Shown: positions 1-12,737 of the stretch, piece by piece | Layout of the letters: every line of letters begins with the position of its first letter | How positions within the stretch are numbered: the stretch's first letter is position 1 | Origin: Raillietiella orientalis | Lineage: Eukaryota | Direction: 5' to 3' | Length of the DNA: 64,000 nucleotides | Assembly: GCA_036172245.1 (NCBI GenBank) | Contig: JAYWIR010000006.1 | Location: 5,642,001-5,706,000, forward strand | The notes under the pieces: generated by a model | The model's input: the letters and a program-made list of their open reading frames with translations, nothing else | Told to the model about the DNA's origin: nothing | The model's database searches: none | Translations under genes and position numbers: made by a program

Positions 1-642
1 GCCCGTTGCGCCCCCCTCCCATCTCCCCTCCTCTGCCCGCCTTCCCGGAGGAAAGAAAGGGCCGTCTCCCGTGGGAAACCCGCCTCAGTCCGACCCCCGC
101 GGACCTCCTGAGGGAGGGGACGGGGGAGCGAAAGGCTCGCGGCAGGAAAGGAGGAAGTTTCCTCCCGCGTTCCCTGGAGGCTCCCGTGGTTGTCCTCTCT
201 AGGGGAGCAGACGGTCTTCGACCCCTAAGTGGTAGCGGGGGGAGGGGGTCGTCGAGCCGCGCGCGTGGATGCCGCCCAGGAGGCGGCAGTTTCTCGCAGG
301 CACCACACTCGCTCGTGAGGTGTCGGTCAGGGGAGCGCTTCCTCCCCCTCCTCCATCCCCTCTCCCCTCTCTTGCTGGAAAGAAGGAAGGAAGGAATAGG
401 AGGAGGAGGAGGAGGAGGAGAGAGAGAGAGAGGTGGGGGAGAGCCCAGCGAGAGAGAGGCTGCCGCAGCATCGGCGGCTGCGGAGCGCGTTCGGGCCTGC
501 GCAGTGGCGACTCTCGGCGGCTGCGGCTGCTGGCTGAGCGGTAGCGGCGGCGGCGGCGACGCTCGGCGGCGGCGGCCGGGGCGCCGCGCGCGCGGCTCAC
601 CACGTGGCTCCAGTCGCGCGGCCGAGCTCGGCGGACGCCAAC

Positions 643-660
643 ATGCTCGCGCCATGGTGA
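643..660 (+). promoter_or_regulatory. Short upstream ORF (MLAPW*) overlapping the FoxO start codon out of frame
   Basis: caacATGctcgcgccATGgTGA: ATG at 643 with A at -3, stop at 658-660, spanning the main ATG at 654. Confidence 0.4.
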
Positions 661-3507
661 CGGAGGGAGCGAAGATGCCGCTGCGGTCCGCGTCTCCGGT
701 GCTGCTCGCGTACCCGTCCCTGCCCCCTGCCTTCCTGAACGGCGGCGGCGACCTGGCGGCAGCCCACGCGTCCAAGAAGGAGGACGACGGCCCTCCCGCC
801 CACCACCACCACCACCACCACCACCATCACCACCACCACCATCCGGTTCCCTCGTGGGAAAGGGACAACGCTGCGTCGGCGGACAGCGACGCCGGCAAGC
901 CCCAGCCCGCCCCCGCGCCCGCGGGCACGCTGGCCGCCGGCGCCACCGCCAGGGGCCAGGACGAACCCCCACCCCCCGGATCGAAGGTCCCTAAGCGTCC
1001 CTGCCGCAAGAACGCCTGGGGCAACCTGTCCTACGCCGACCTCATCACACAGGCCATCCAGAGCTCCGCCGAGAAGCGCCTCACCCTCTCCCAGATCTAC
1101 GACTGGATGGTCCACAACATCCCCTACTTCAAGGACAAGGGAGACAGCAACAGCTCCGCCGGGTGGAAGGTAAGAGGGCGTGGCGCGAGCAAACGACCCC
1201 CCTGACCCCTTCAGCCTCACTGTCCCCTTTCCCTTCCCTCCCCCTTCCGTCGCATGAGAGTGGACCGAGACTGGGCCGCCCCTGCGGGACCCGGTATCGT
1301 CTTGCCTCCTCCCCCTCTCTGGGATCCAGTTCCCGGGAATGCGTTCTCGGGCCGGGGGCGAGTGCGCGGCAGGCCGCCGCCGCCGCCGCCGCCGCCGCCT
1401 CCGCCGCCTCTTGGCCTTCCCCCCCGCAGCGGGGCGGGCGCGTCCGCCTTCCCTCTGTTGCCTTCGTAACGGGAGCGCCGCCGCCGCCGCCGCCGCCACC
1501 GCCGCTCCGATACATTGTATCATCCGCGGGGGAGGATTTATGCGCCCGGCGGGCCCGCGCGCGCCCCCGGCCGCGCCGCCGTATATCACTCACGGGGCGG
1601 GGAGGGCTAACTGAGGGTTGCCGCGGCGCGGGCGGGCCCTCCGGCGCGCGCGCGCGCGGCTCCCCCACGGTCGGTCGGATCGACGTTCCTCTCCCCTCTT
1701 CCTTCCTTCCTTCCTTCCTTCCCGACAAGCTGACCGACTGCCAGAGGACCGGCCGCCGCTGCTGCTGCTGCAGGTGGTGGCGGGGTCGGGCGCAACCCGG
1801 AGGGCCGGCGAAGGGAAAAAGATCCTCCCTCCGCCATCGCCGCTCGATCACGTGCTGCGCCGCTTCCCCCGTCCTCCCGGAGGCTGCGACCCGGACGTCG
1901 CTTTCGCCCGGAGCCACCGCCGTTGCCCCAGCAGCCGGCTCGTGAGGAAGGCGGTGGCTGCCGGGCGCTCCTGTCCCTTCCCTTTCCCCGAAAGGGCCCG
2001 CGAGGTCGTGTTGCAACCCCTCCCCTTCCCTCTCCGTTTCAGGGAGACTCCTGACCAGCACGCAGAGGCGCGCGACTGACCCCAGGTGGAGGGGCGCGGT
2101 GGGGTCTCGCAAGGGCGGAGTCCCTCTGGAGCAGTCCCATTGCCTCTCTCAGGACTCCGCATGCCACCCCTTCGCGAGGGAGGGACGAGCCTCCTCGTGG
2201 TGCTCGGTATGCGGAGGGAGGCAGGGAGTGGGGGTCGGTCCTGTCCTTCTCCTTCTCTTTTCTTCCTGCCGTCTTCCTTCGGGCAGGGATGCGCGGGGCC
2301 ACCTGCACCGGCAGCGCATCCTCTCCGACTTACTCTCCGACTTAGCTCTGGAGCCCAGGGAGAGTCCCCTCGTCAGCGTCCCCCCCCCCTTTTCCTTTGT
2401 TTGGAGCGCCGTTACTCAGGGGATCCAAAGCGCTGCAGACCTCGGAGCGACCTGCAGTGGCACGGCGATGGAGCAGCAGGCACCGCTGGCTGCCGGCTTC
2501 TTCCGAGGCGCCATTTCCACCCCCGAGGAGTGCCGAGGGCATCCGGTGGCGGGGCAGCGGAGCGGCGAGGAGGGGAGAAAGGGGGGGAGAAAGGGAGGGG
2601 GGGGAGCAACGCGCGCACGCGTTCCGACCAGCCTGCGCGCACGGGGATGGCGCCGCACGCGAACTTTCTCGCGCCCAGCTGCTCTCTTTGCTGGCCGGAG
2701 CGCCGCCAGGAGTGTTGTCCCGGGAAACGGCGGAGCTCGCCTGTGCTGCTACTGCTGCTGCGGCGGGAGAGGGTGGGGGAGGAGGTAGGGTGGCTTTCCT
2801 GGACGAGGTGACGGCGGTGGCGGCGGCCCGCTGGGCTCCTCGCGTTGCGGTGATGGCGAGCGGCCGCCCGTCCTCGCCACGGCCGTGCGCGCGCGCACCC
2901 CTCGACCGCACCTCCTGCACGAGCGAGGAGGGAGCGCGCGCGCGGTTCCCCAGCGCGAGCACTGCGCGCGCACGCAGTAGGCAGGCAAGGGGGGTGTACG
3001 CTGCCGAGTCGTCGTCGTCGTACACCTCTGTCCCGTCCGGCGTACTACGGGGAGACGCGTCGTTGTCGCCGCTCCCTCCACGCTCGCCCTCCCTCGCCCC
3101 TTCCCTCCCCCCTTCTTCCCTCCGCCTTCCACGAACCTCGGAGAAAATCGTATCCCCTTTCCCTCCCCCTCGGCGCCCAAGTCGCCGGCGGCGTCGGTGT
3201 ACGTTCACCCGCGGCCGGCGGGATGCGAAGCTTCGCGAATTTAAAAATGGCTGCCGGCTCAGCCCGTGTACGAGTTCCCGATTACTTCTCGCATTTCATC
3301 TTTTTTCTCTCCTTCTTTCTTTCTTTCTCTTCTTTTCCTTTTTTTTTTTCTTTTTTTCTTGTTCCCCTACTTTCCTGCTAAGCAAACAGCATAAAAAAAG
3401 CGCATAAAGCATGTGCTGGAGGACAGCCACAAGTGTTAGGGAGACGAGAAGCCATTTTCATCTCTAACTAAGATGATTGTAACCTTTCTCTCTCTCTCTC
3501 TCTCTCC

Positions 3508-3538
<31 letters not shown>

Positions 3539-6500
3539 TGTATTTTTTTTTTTTGTTGTTGTTTCTTCTTTTTTCTTTTCCTTTTAGTTAGGCCAGTTGC
3601 TTTTCTCTATAGAAATTTGAGCAAAGCATGCCAATGACTTCTGGGAGCATCGCATTGTTGCGACGGCCGCCATTACAGATATCTGTTTACCGTGCCGACG
3701 GTGATCGTAGGCCCGGGTAACCAAGCGACGCTCCGTGCTGCTCTCGAATGCGAAGCGTTTCGAGGTGCAGCAATTTATACGAATCGAGCAGTGTGCGGTA
3801 GTGTGTGCGCGCGCGCGTGTTTTAAGTGTTTTAACGACGATTGCCCTCCAAAGTTCCGGTCCTTCGAGAGGTGTCTTTTAGCCCGACGAGTATATAAACT
3901 TCCTGTGATTCGCTGCAGGCTGCCAAGGTGTTGTGATCCTTGTCGTTCAGCACCTTTGACGTGTCGGAATGCACTCGCCGGTGTTGTGTGCACCGTGGCC
4001 GTGATTGCCGGAGAAGCAGCGCACGCCGGATGCTGCGGCGCGCCGAATCTCCGCGTTCCCATCACTCGGCTTCCCTCCTCCTTGCTGCTGCCGGCGCTGC
4101 CCGACGGGAGGCTGAAATCAGCTGACACATTGAGCAGTGTACAGTGTTTTCGTGTCGATTCTCTGTTCTCCTGCTCGGTTTCGCACTCGCAAAACACCTG
4201 ACTGATTACAACAGCAGCAGCCACGATGAGATAACCGACGTTGAAGCCAGAGGGCGAGTGGTAGACGGTGAGGCTCGCACATTCGTCGCCGCGCGACACA
4301 CTCCACTTCAGCAGCGCTGGAACGAATGATGGGTTAATCAGACATCCGTTCCGTTGCCAAAGCCCCACGAGGTACATTAAATACGGAGCCGGGGGATGCG
4401 CGAACGGATTTGTGCTGTTGAGAGAGAGAGAGAACCTGGCATCCGTGGATGCCCACGATTGACTGCCATGGTTTCGATCAAACGACCCGACTCGAGGAGC
4501 AGAGGGAAAGTCCATCTGCGCACTCTTCCGGGTGACCACAGGAAGAGTCTCGAGTGGCGTAGCACATGTTGTGCTCCCTCCCCGATCCAGGCTGCCCGAC
4601 AGCAGCCGTCAGGCTTGCCACGTTCTGTCGACACGGCTGCGCGTGCAAACTTTTTTGCACATTCCACGAGGAAGATTCGAAGCAAATTATTACCGTTATG
4701 TATTCACTGGACTTCCTTTTCCTACTTCTTCCGCGTCATTTTATCGCCATGTTTGTCACCTGAGAAAGTCCCTTCTCCTGACGTGAGGTTTCCACGGAAG
4801 GAGCCCTGCTAATCATTTTGTCGACTTGTCCGCGACCGTCGGTAAACAACAAGAAAAAAAAAAAAAAAAAGTCTACGTGCGCGCACCGGCTCGCAACCGT
4901 GCGTGCGTGCGTGCGTGCGTGTGGACTTGGCGAACCGGGGCTGCTGCCGCCTCCGCCCGCCCCACAGGCGACGTCTCTCTCTCTCTCTCTCTCTGTTTGC
5001 CAAGAGCGAGCGCGCTCTTGGATCCCGGAGTCCTCCGGTTCGAAATGGAGGGAACAGACCCGAAATCCGCGAGTGATTGGGACGCGAGTTTCGGGGATTT
5101 ACTTGCGTTTTCGTTACCGCTCTCAACAAATCTGAGATTTTTGAAAAAAAAAAAAAAAATGTCCGGTTTTGAATTGCAAATAACGTCGTCGGATGTTTTT
5201 CTTCTTCTTCTTTTCGTCCTCTCCTCTCGCAGTTGCATCGGAAGAGCTTTCGAAATCGAAGATTTGCCGTGTGTCGAGCGAAAATACACGCCGATGCATG
5301 CATAATGATAATTCATTTTCCTCGTGTTTTTCCAGCTTCGAATCCGATGGGATCCAAGCAATCTCGGCTGGCTGTTGTCAAAATACGAGCGAGAGTTTTC
5401 TGTTTTTCTTCTCACTCTGCGCCTCTCCTGCTCCGGGGAGGAGGAGGAGGAGGAAGGAAGGAAGGAAGGAAGGAAGGAAGGAAGGAAGCAGGGAAAGGGG
5501 AGGGTGCGCTCCGGGCATTCCAACGGCGAACCGAGTTGTTCCAGTAACCCCTCTGCCCGACGAAGACGTGGTCCAGTCGAAAACAAGCGCGAAGGAACGC
5601 GAAACGCGTGCCGGTCCAGAAAAGCTCGGAATCCAGGAATCCAAACAATCCCGGCTCTCCCTCTGTTCGCATTGGTTTTCCTTCCTTACTTTCTTTTTTT
5701 TTTTTACTTTCTGGAGGCAATGGACTTTCTGTGCACACACACGCGCGCAAACACGTACACACGTAGAAAAAGAGAGCCAGCGAGATGGACGCGTGCACGG
5801 AGTGACCGCCACAAAAGACAGTCACGAATCACACGCGACCCCCGGTTTCCCATCGCCACGTTTACGTTTGCTATGCAAATTTCCTTTTCGAGGCATCTGT
5901 GTGTTCCTTCCAAGAGAAGGCAGGCCGCCGCCTCCTCGAACTGACCCCTTCGACGGCTCCATTTCAGATGCTCTTTCTGTTATTTCGGTTGAAATCGGCT
6001 TTGTGCAGTATTTTCCTCCAGCTTCGTCCCAACCCTTCCCTCCCCTGTGCCTCTGAGCACAATGTTTTCTTTTCTGATTCTTTTCCTCCTTCTCCTCCTC
6101 CTCCTTCATTTTTTCGGAAAAGAGGCACCAACTAATTGCCGAATTCAATGGGATCACTGGACGTGTCTAATCCATTGTAGATCGTGACAAGAGTTTCCTT
6201 GGAGTTGTACCGGTGCGGAGGCTGCTGATATATGATAGCGGGCCCGGTCCAGTGGAAACTCCGACGCGCCCAGAATTCGCCCGTGTGTCCCGTGTTTTTT
6301 CTTTTTTTCTTCGGACAGCACTCGGTCCGCCGCCTCCCCCTTCGGCGCTTCGTTTGCATTTTTCATGCTTTCGTCACCCTGGTTGCGAGCTCCGACCCAT
6401 CGCTCTTTCCTTCCTCCTCCATGCGCCGCATCCTCCACGCTTCTGTGCTTATTTTTGCGCGACCGGTGCGCACGGGGTCGGGAGCGGAACCTCCTCTCCC

Positions 6501-9500
6501 CCCCTCCCCTTCCTCTTTCTCGCTTCCCGGGAAATCTTCCTTCCGACACGAATCGCAGGTGCACGCGCCTTTCGGTTCGCCTCGGTGTTGCCGGGGGGGA
6601 AGGGGAGGGGGGGAGAGGGAGAGGAACAGCTCTCCCGAGTGGTTTGTTGCTGCTGCGGGGTGGTGCAAGCGAAAGCGTCTTGCGACAGTGTTTGTTGCTG
6701 CAGATACCTTTTCAAGTGTATGCAGTGTCAATCAGCGTGTCTGATATCGTGCCCAGGTGAACACCTGGGAAGAGGCAAGCAGTTTAAAACAGAAGCCGCG
6801 TCAAAACATGGGAAGACGAAATCCAAGAGAAAGCAGTTGGTTCCTTTCTTTCTTCCTCGCCCGCTCCTCCCTCCTGCTCGAAGGGAACACAGGAAAGGGA
6901 GACGGCAGATCGGGGAAAGACCTGCTGCTGCTACTGCTAGGCAGAGCCCCCGCCGAGGTGCTGCCGTTCGTTGCCCCCCACCCTACGTGCCGGGGCGGAA
7001 CTTCGAATTTTCGAACGTGAGCGCAGGTAAGCGCGGCACGAGAGAGAACCGTCGGCGGTGCTGCAGCCTGCTCCCCCTCCCCCTCTTCCAGCGACCTGTC
7101 CGCATCCCCGCGCAGTTGCTCCAGCCAAGCAAGGGCGGCAGCAATCGTAGGCGGCCACGCCGCCGCCGCTGCGCGTTCCATCCTCCGCGTCTGGCAGTCG
7201 TCCCCTCCCCTCCGCCCGGTCGAATTCCTCCCAGCTCTTTGCTTCTCTTCATTTCCATCTCCCCCCCCCCCCTATCCTTCTCCTCCCTCCATCCCCGAAC
7301 TACTGAAAGAAATGAAACCCACACAATCGTTATGAAGAGGGGTCGGAGTTCGGCGAAGAAGTTTACCCGTCTTCTCTCGTCTTCCTCGCCGAGGCATCCG
7401 GATCGAAAACTCGCGCTAAAACGTTCGGCCCTTCGAAAGCACTACGTCACCTCCAAGCAGCGCCGTGAATGACTGAGGGATGCTTTACGTTTATGCACCT
7501 TCGAGGAAGAATGCGAGGCTGAAGAAGCCATTGTTCCTCCTCCCCCCTTCCGACAAAAAGGAGAAAAAAAGAGAAAAAGAAAAAGTCGGTGGTGTCGTCA
7601 TCACTCTTTTCGTTTTAACAGGAATGGTGCAGAGGTCAGCTGAGCTTCTGGCGTCTTGGCGGAGGAGCGTGGTGGTGTTCGCGCGCGCGATCCACGCTGC
7701 AGGAGTGCGACAGGGGTGCACGCTGTTCGTGCACGCTGTCCGGCGTGAACACAGACACCCATCGGACACCGATTTTCGTTCTACACGGCGCTGTCGCGCG
7801 TAACGACGCTACGGACCGTTGCTTATTGAAGATCCACGGCGTTACCCGGTTGCTGAGCTACCTCCGCTTCGAGGCGATGTTGGTCACGATGAACATCCCT
7901 CCAGAGTGAGGCTCTATCATTGCACGGCGATTGGGCTGACCTCTGCGATAACGCCAAACGTGGGTTCCTCGGAAGCATCCTTTTTAGGCTGGGCGACTGC
8001 ATTCGCGCGTTCCGGATCGTTGAAGATCGTTGCGTGCGATGCGTTGAAGAGTGCAGTCGTCGTTTCGACAATACCTCCCTCCTCCCCCATCACATATTTG
8101 TATCTACCTATCATGTGAGAGAAATATATATCAGTAGGTGTGCACTGGATAAATTGGATGATGAGTGATGATGAAGGATATGCCCTTCATAGAGACGCTG
8201 GAGTCGCCCGTAGCCACAGCCCAGCGGGGGCTCCCTTAACCGGGGAGGAGGATTCAGCTGCAATCAAGGCACGGCTGCGTAGAGAATTCTTCGCGTTCCC
8301 TTGTGATTGGATCACAGCGTTTTCCTCCTCCCTTCCCTCGGGTTCAAGCGAGCAAGCGAGGACAGCGTGCCTCCGGTTTTGGAACAGAGAAAGCGTAATT
8401 GGGAAGGGGAAGGCCGAAGTTTTGTCCGGGGTCACCTCGGCTTCCTGAAGACATTCACCTTTTCCTTGAGTCTTCGGTAACTTTGTTTCAAGGGGTTCTT
8501 GTCTCCAGTGCTCTCCGTAGGCCGTTCCTTCGAGCCCTTTGACGATGACAAGAGCGGGATGATGCATCCAGGCAGCTCTGTACCGGTGAGTGCAGTGCAT
8601 CAATCAAGCAGTGCGCAGAATCGAAGGACGGCGCGACCGGTAGGGGCAAATCAACGGTTCAACGGGGTTCTCGAATGATTTGGGGGGACTTGGGGGTCGA
8701 GACCTGTCCTTTTTTTGCCTCGGGAGCGCTTGGAAGCACGAGGGAATGGCTGAAATGTACCCTGAAGAAGACGCGTTGTGTCCATCAAGGCTGGTCTCGG
8801 GCACATGACCTCAAGCAGAAAAAGACAAAGTGGAGGAAGAAGGGGAAGACCAAGGAGAAGGAGAGAAGGACGAAGAGGAAGCTCAATGCATATTGGGAAA
8901 AAATCTCACAAACAAAAATTTCACCTGGGCGAGCCGGAGTGTCGCTTTTGAGAAAAATAAATGGACAGTAGTCGGTGGGACAAGGTCCCATCAAGTCCGG
9001 CAACTCTTAGGGAAGCGCCGACGAGGTCCACAGCATCCATGGAGGGGGATAAAAGAAACGAAAAGAAAAAGATGAATGCATAAAATAAGAAGAAAAAAGC
9101 AGTCTCTGGAAAAAACCGTCTTCGCGAGTAGGAGGAAGAGGGAAAGACTCTCCAGCAAGTCCTGGGCTGAGATCCTCGTCTTCTCCTTCCCTCCCTTTTC
9201 CGCTGCCACGGGAGTGCACTGATGTATGCTCGGAGGGAAGCCTGGGTACCTGCCCCCAACATCTTCCCGTGCGAGTCCCCGACCAACGTCGGAAGAATGG
9301 TCCAGAGTGTCAGCGGTTCCGGAGGTACTTAGGGTTCGCGAATTCCGGCAGACCGGGATCTCCCTCTCGAGCAGGAGAACGGGGAAGGAGGGAGAGGAGA
9401 GGGCAGGTTTTCACGAAGAGAGCTCCGGACGAGCAAGACGCGGAGGATCAAGCCCGCCCGCTTTGCGCGTGGGAGCGACAGGCCGAGAGGCGCTGCTCTC

Positions 9501-12073
9501 TGGACACAAAAACACGGGAGGCTCGGAGCAAGGCAAGGCCGCATCCCTCGCGTCCAGGAAGATACTTCCCGGCAGGTATCCCCTCCAAAGGGAGCGCGCT
9601 CCTTTCCCTCTCTCCCTCCACTGCCTCACCAACGAGGGACTCACTCTGGCGATTCGCAGCCGTGGAAACGGGCAGCGCCGGATAGCCGGCACGGGATTCG
9701 TCCACGGATCCGGCTGGCGCGCCCCGTCTCGCATCCTGCTCGCAAGGAAGACGCCCATAACAGTCGGATCCCGTGACCTCCTCCCTCTCCTCCTCTTTCG
9801 TTCGCTCACCGCCAAGGCAGGCCGGGCCTCCGACGACCCATCCGTCTCCTTCTCCTCCCCCCCTCATCCTTCTCCCCCGATTGGCCGAAGACGGTGGCCT
9901 CTCCGTTGCCATGGCAGTCTCGGGGCCGCGAGCAATGGATGTCGTCGCCTTCGCGCTCAGGCAGCTTTCACTTTCCTCCGTGAGATGAGAGGAGGAAAAC
10001 AAAACGAAAACAACACAAAGAGGTCGTAAATTTCTCATGCAGCCGATTGTGTGCACACGGGCTAATTGAACGGGCAAACACGACCCCCGGGGCAAACACG
10101 AACGTCAGTCCGTTATTTGCAAGCAGTCGGCAGAAGACCAAGGGTGACGGTGGACCATAACGACGACGACGACGACTACCCGCGAGTGGAACTCAGCGTC
10201 GAGTCCCGCCGCCTTTCGTGATGCGGCAGATCCCCGCCCTCGCCGGGGAGCCGATCGGTGCTGAGGAGAGGTGTCCAAGCAACCGCTCCATCCTCTTCGC
10301 ACCAAACAGCGTATCGGCTTAGGCGGCGAGGCGGAAGCCAGGAGGCCCCAGGGGCGAGGAGCGAAATGCACCGTGCAGGCGGCGCTCCAGGGAGGATCCC
10401 CTCCCTTCTTCCTCTCCGTCGTCTGCTCGGGGAGGAAGCAGTCGGGGAGTCCCTCCCACAGTTTTGGTTGCTGCGGGCGGGACACTTCGGACCGGTGGCG
10501 AGGAGGCTCGAAGAGCCACTTCCCCTCGTCGGAGCTCCCGCACTGCACCGCCCCTCCCGCGTGGAAGTCCCGCGATCGACATCTCGGGAAGGGTGGAAGG
10601 GGGGGGGGAGAGAAAACGCTCATGGTGGTGAAGCTCGCGTATCGGTCGCCCCCCTCCGGCACCGCCGGATTAGCACTCGCGTTGCGAAGGAGAATTCAGC
10701 TGCTGGCACGCGCTTGCCCGTCCCACGGACCTGTGGGGAGTGGGGAGTGCCTGGGGGAGGGCGGCCGACACGCAGAGCAGCCCATAAGGCGGAAAGAGGA
10801 GAAGGAAGAGCGGACCCAGCCCGGGCGACCCGGGCTGCACTCCACGAAGAGACGCAGGGGGCGCTTGCCCACGGGGAGCTTCCGGTTCCGGACGCTGCGC
10901 TCGTCCTCGAGTTGGAGGTGCCCTCAGGCAGGCACGCCTTCTCGGTCGCCGCTTTCTCCTGGGGAACGGGGCGCACCACCTCGCCCCAGCGGAACCCGTG
11001 TCTCTGGGCAACGCTCGAGTCCGCCAGAGGGTGGGAGGGATTCGCGGGGCAGCAGCCGTCGCCGCTGCTGTGGGCTCAGCAGCAACGGGGAATGGGGTGT
11101 GTCGGCCAGAGGCTCGAAGGGAGCGCCCCTGGCGGAATGCGGGGCAACCTGCGGGGGCGCCAACCTTTTCACCCTCTCGCCCTCGCGGACGGGAAGGCAG
11201 AGGATCTATGGGCAGTGGGAACCCCAATTTCCCTTCTCGCCCGCGCGTCGGGATTGTGCCGGGGTGGTGGCATCCTCGCGCGTAAGCGGGGCTTGAGGGA
11301 GCGGGCGTGACCTCTCCGGAGTCAACCGTGTGCTTCTCCTTGTAGAACTCCATCCGGCACAACCTCTCCCTGCACACCCGGTTCATGCGCATCCCGAACG
11401 AGGGGACCGGGAAGTCGTCCTGGTGGGTACTGAACCCGGACGCGATCCCGGGGAAATCCACCCGCAGGCGGAGCTGCGCGGACGGCTCCAAGCTCGACAA
11501 GCGCCGCGGGCGCTTCCGCAAGAAAGAGGACCTCTTCCGCAACCCACTGCTCGCCGGCCCCTTCTTCGAGGACAAGTTCCGTGCGCGGCCCGGCCCACTG
11601 GGCGACGCGGCGGCGGCCCTAGCCTTCGCCGGTGGGGCGGCCCCGCACGACTTCAAGTACCGAGGACCCGCGGACGGCGGGACCCTGCCGTGTCCCCTGC
11701 AGAAACCGCCCGGCGGCGGTGGCGGGGGAGACTCCCCGTGGTCGGCGCATGCCCATCCCCTGCTGCCCCACTCGGACGGCGGGCCCAAGTGCCCCGTGTG
11801 GAGCCCCGTGGTCGTCGCGGGAGGTGGCGCCTCTCCGGCCGACAGGATGCAGCGGCCCTTCCCGGAGCTGCCCTACGACGACCCCGGAGGTGGTGGTGGC
11901 GGTGGTGGTAGCGAATTCCCCGACAGCAAGTTCGGCAGCGGCCAGCAGCAGCAGCAGCAGCCTCTGCAGCCCCCCACGGACCGGCACGCGGCAGCCGCGG
12001 CTGCGGCCGCTGCGGCGGCCGCTGCCGCCGCCGCCTACGCCGCCGAGTTCGCCTCCTTCCCCGGCTACTCGCC

Positions 12074-12105
<32 letters not shown>

Positions 12106-12487
12106 GCGCAGGCGTCCTCCAGGAGGATGCGGGTCTTCAGCCTCTGTACCAGCCGGGAGACATTTCCGGCCTGCAGCAGTGCTACTTCATCCCGGGATGC
12201 TGTATCCAGGTGAGTGTGTTCTCCTTCTCCTCCTCCTCCTCCCCCCACCCCACCCCCTCGCGTACCTCCCGGCAGCCCGCTCTGACGTGCGCGCCCCCCC
12301 AGCAGAACTCCAGGAAGGCCGCCGCCAGGGGCCTCGACGACCCGACGGCCCCTCCCCTGACGGGACACTACCCCACGGACCACTGCGGGATGCTCCTGGG
12401 GGCTCAGCACCCCTTCTACTACGGTGGCGGCGGAGACGCCTGCAGGCCCGGCGACAAGGGGAAGCTCCCGCCCCAGTGCCCCCCGGC

Positions 12488-12522
<35 letters not shown>

Positions 12523-12737
12523 GGGCCGTCGCTCCCTCCTCCGTCCTGCCCAAATGCCTGCAGCGTTTCGACGGCGGGGATAAGGGAGGCTCGGCCCCCT
12601 CCGCGCAGGAGGCGGCGGGGGGAGATCTGGCCTACCACCACCTCCCGGCCAGGGGCTCCTGCGTCTTCATGCAGCCCGAGGCAACCTCCTTCGGCTGCGC
12701 CCTACCCCAGTGGATTACCAGCAAGTCCCCCTACTGA
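654..12737 (+). CDS. foxo: Forkhead box O (FoxO-family) transcription factor, divergent; 2-3 coding exons
   Basis: Exon 1 is 654-1169 (gccATGg ... [55 protein letters not shown]|gtaaga). The intron is 1170-11345. Exon 2 starts at 11346 (tgtag|[32 protein letters not shown]). The GDSNS insertion and the WK/NS intron position are FoxO hallmarks. A probable 93/96-nt in-frame intron lies at 12210-12302/12305; stop TGA at 12735-12737. About 603 aa spliced, 635 aa if that intron is retained. The start codon is inferred, since the frame is open upstream. Confidence 0.95.
801..842 (+). repeat. (CAC)n coding repeat, 14 consecutive His in the FoxO N-terminus
   Basis: Direct reading of 801-842. FoxO exons 2/3 also carry CAG poly-Gln and GCN poly-Ala tracts. 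Confidence 0.95.
3487..3541. repeat. Compound (CT)n(GT)n microsatellite in FoxO intron 1
   Basis: tctctc...tgtgtg directly visible. Confidence 0.9.
5437..5488. repeat. (GAG)n(GAAG)n microsatellite
   Basis: gaggaggaggaggaaggaaggaagg... directly visible. Confidence 0.9.

Noticed and set aside
8640..9290. Weak similarity between ~8700-8800 and ~9190-9280
   Set aside because: Only short patches match; I cannot support a repeat without an alignment.
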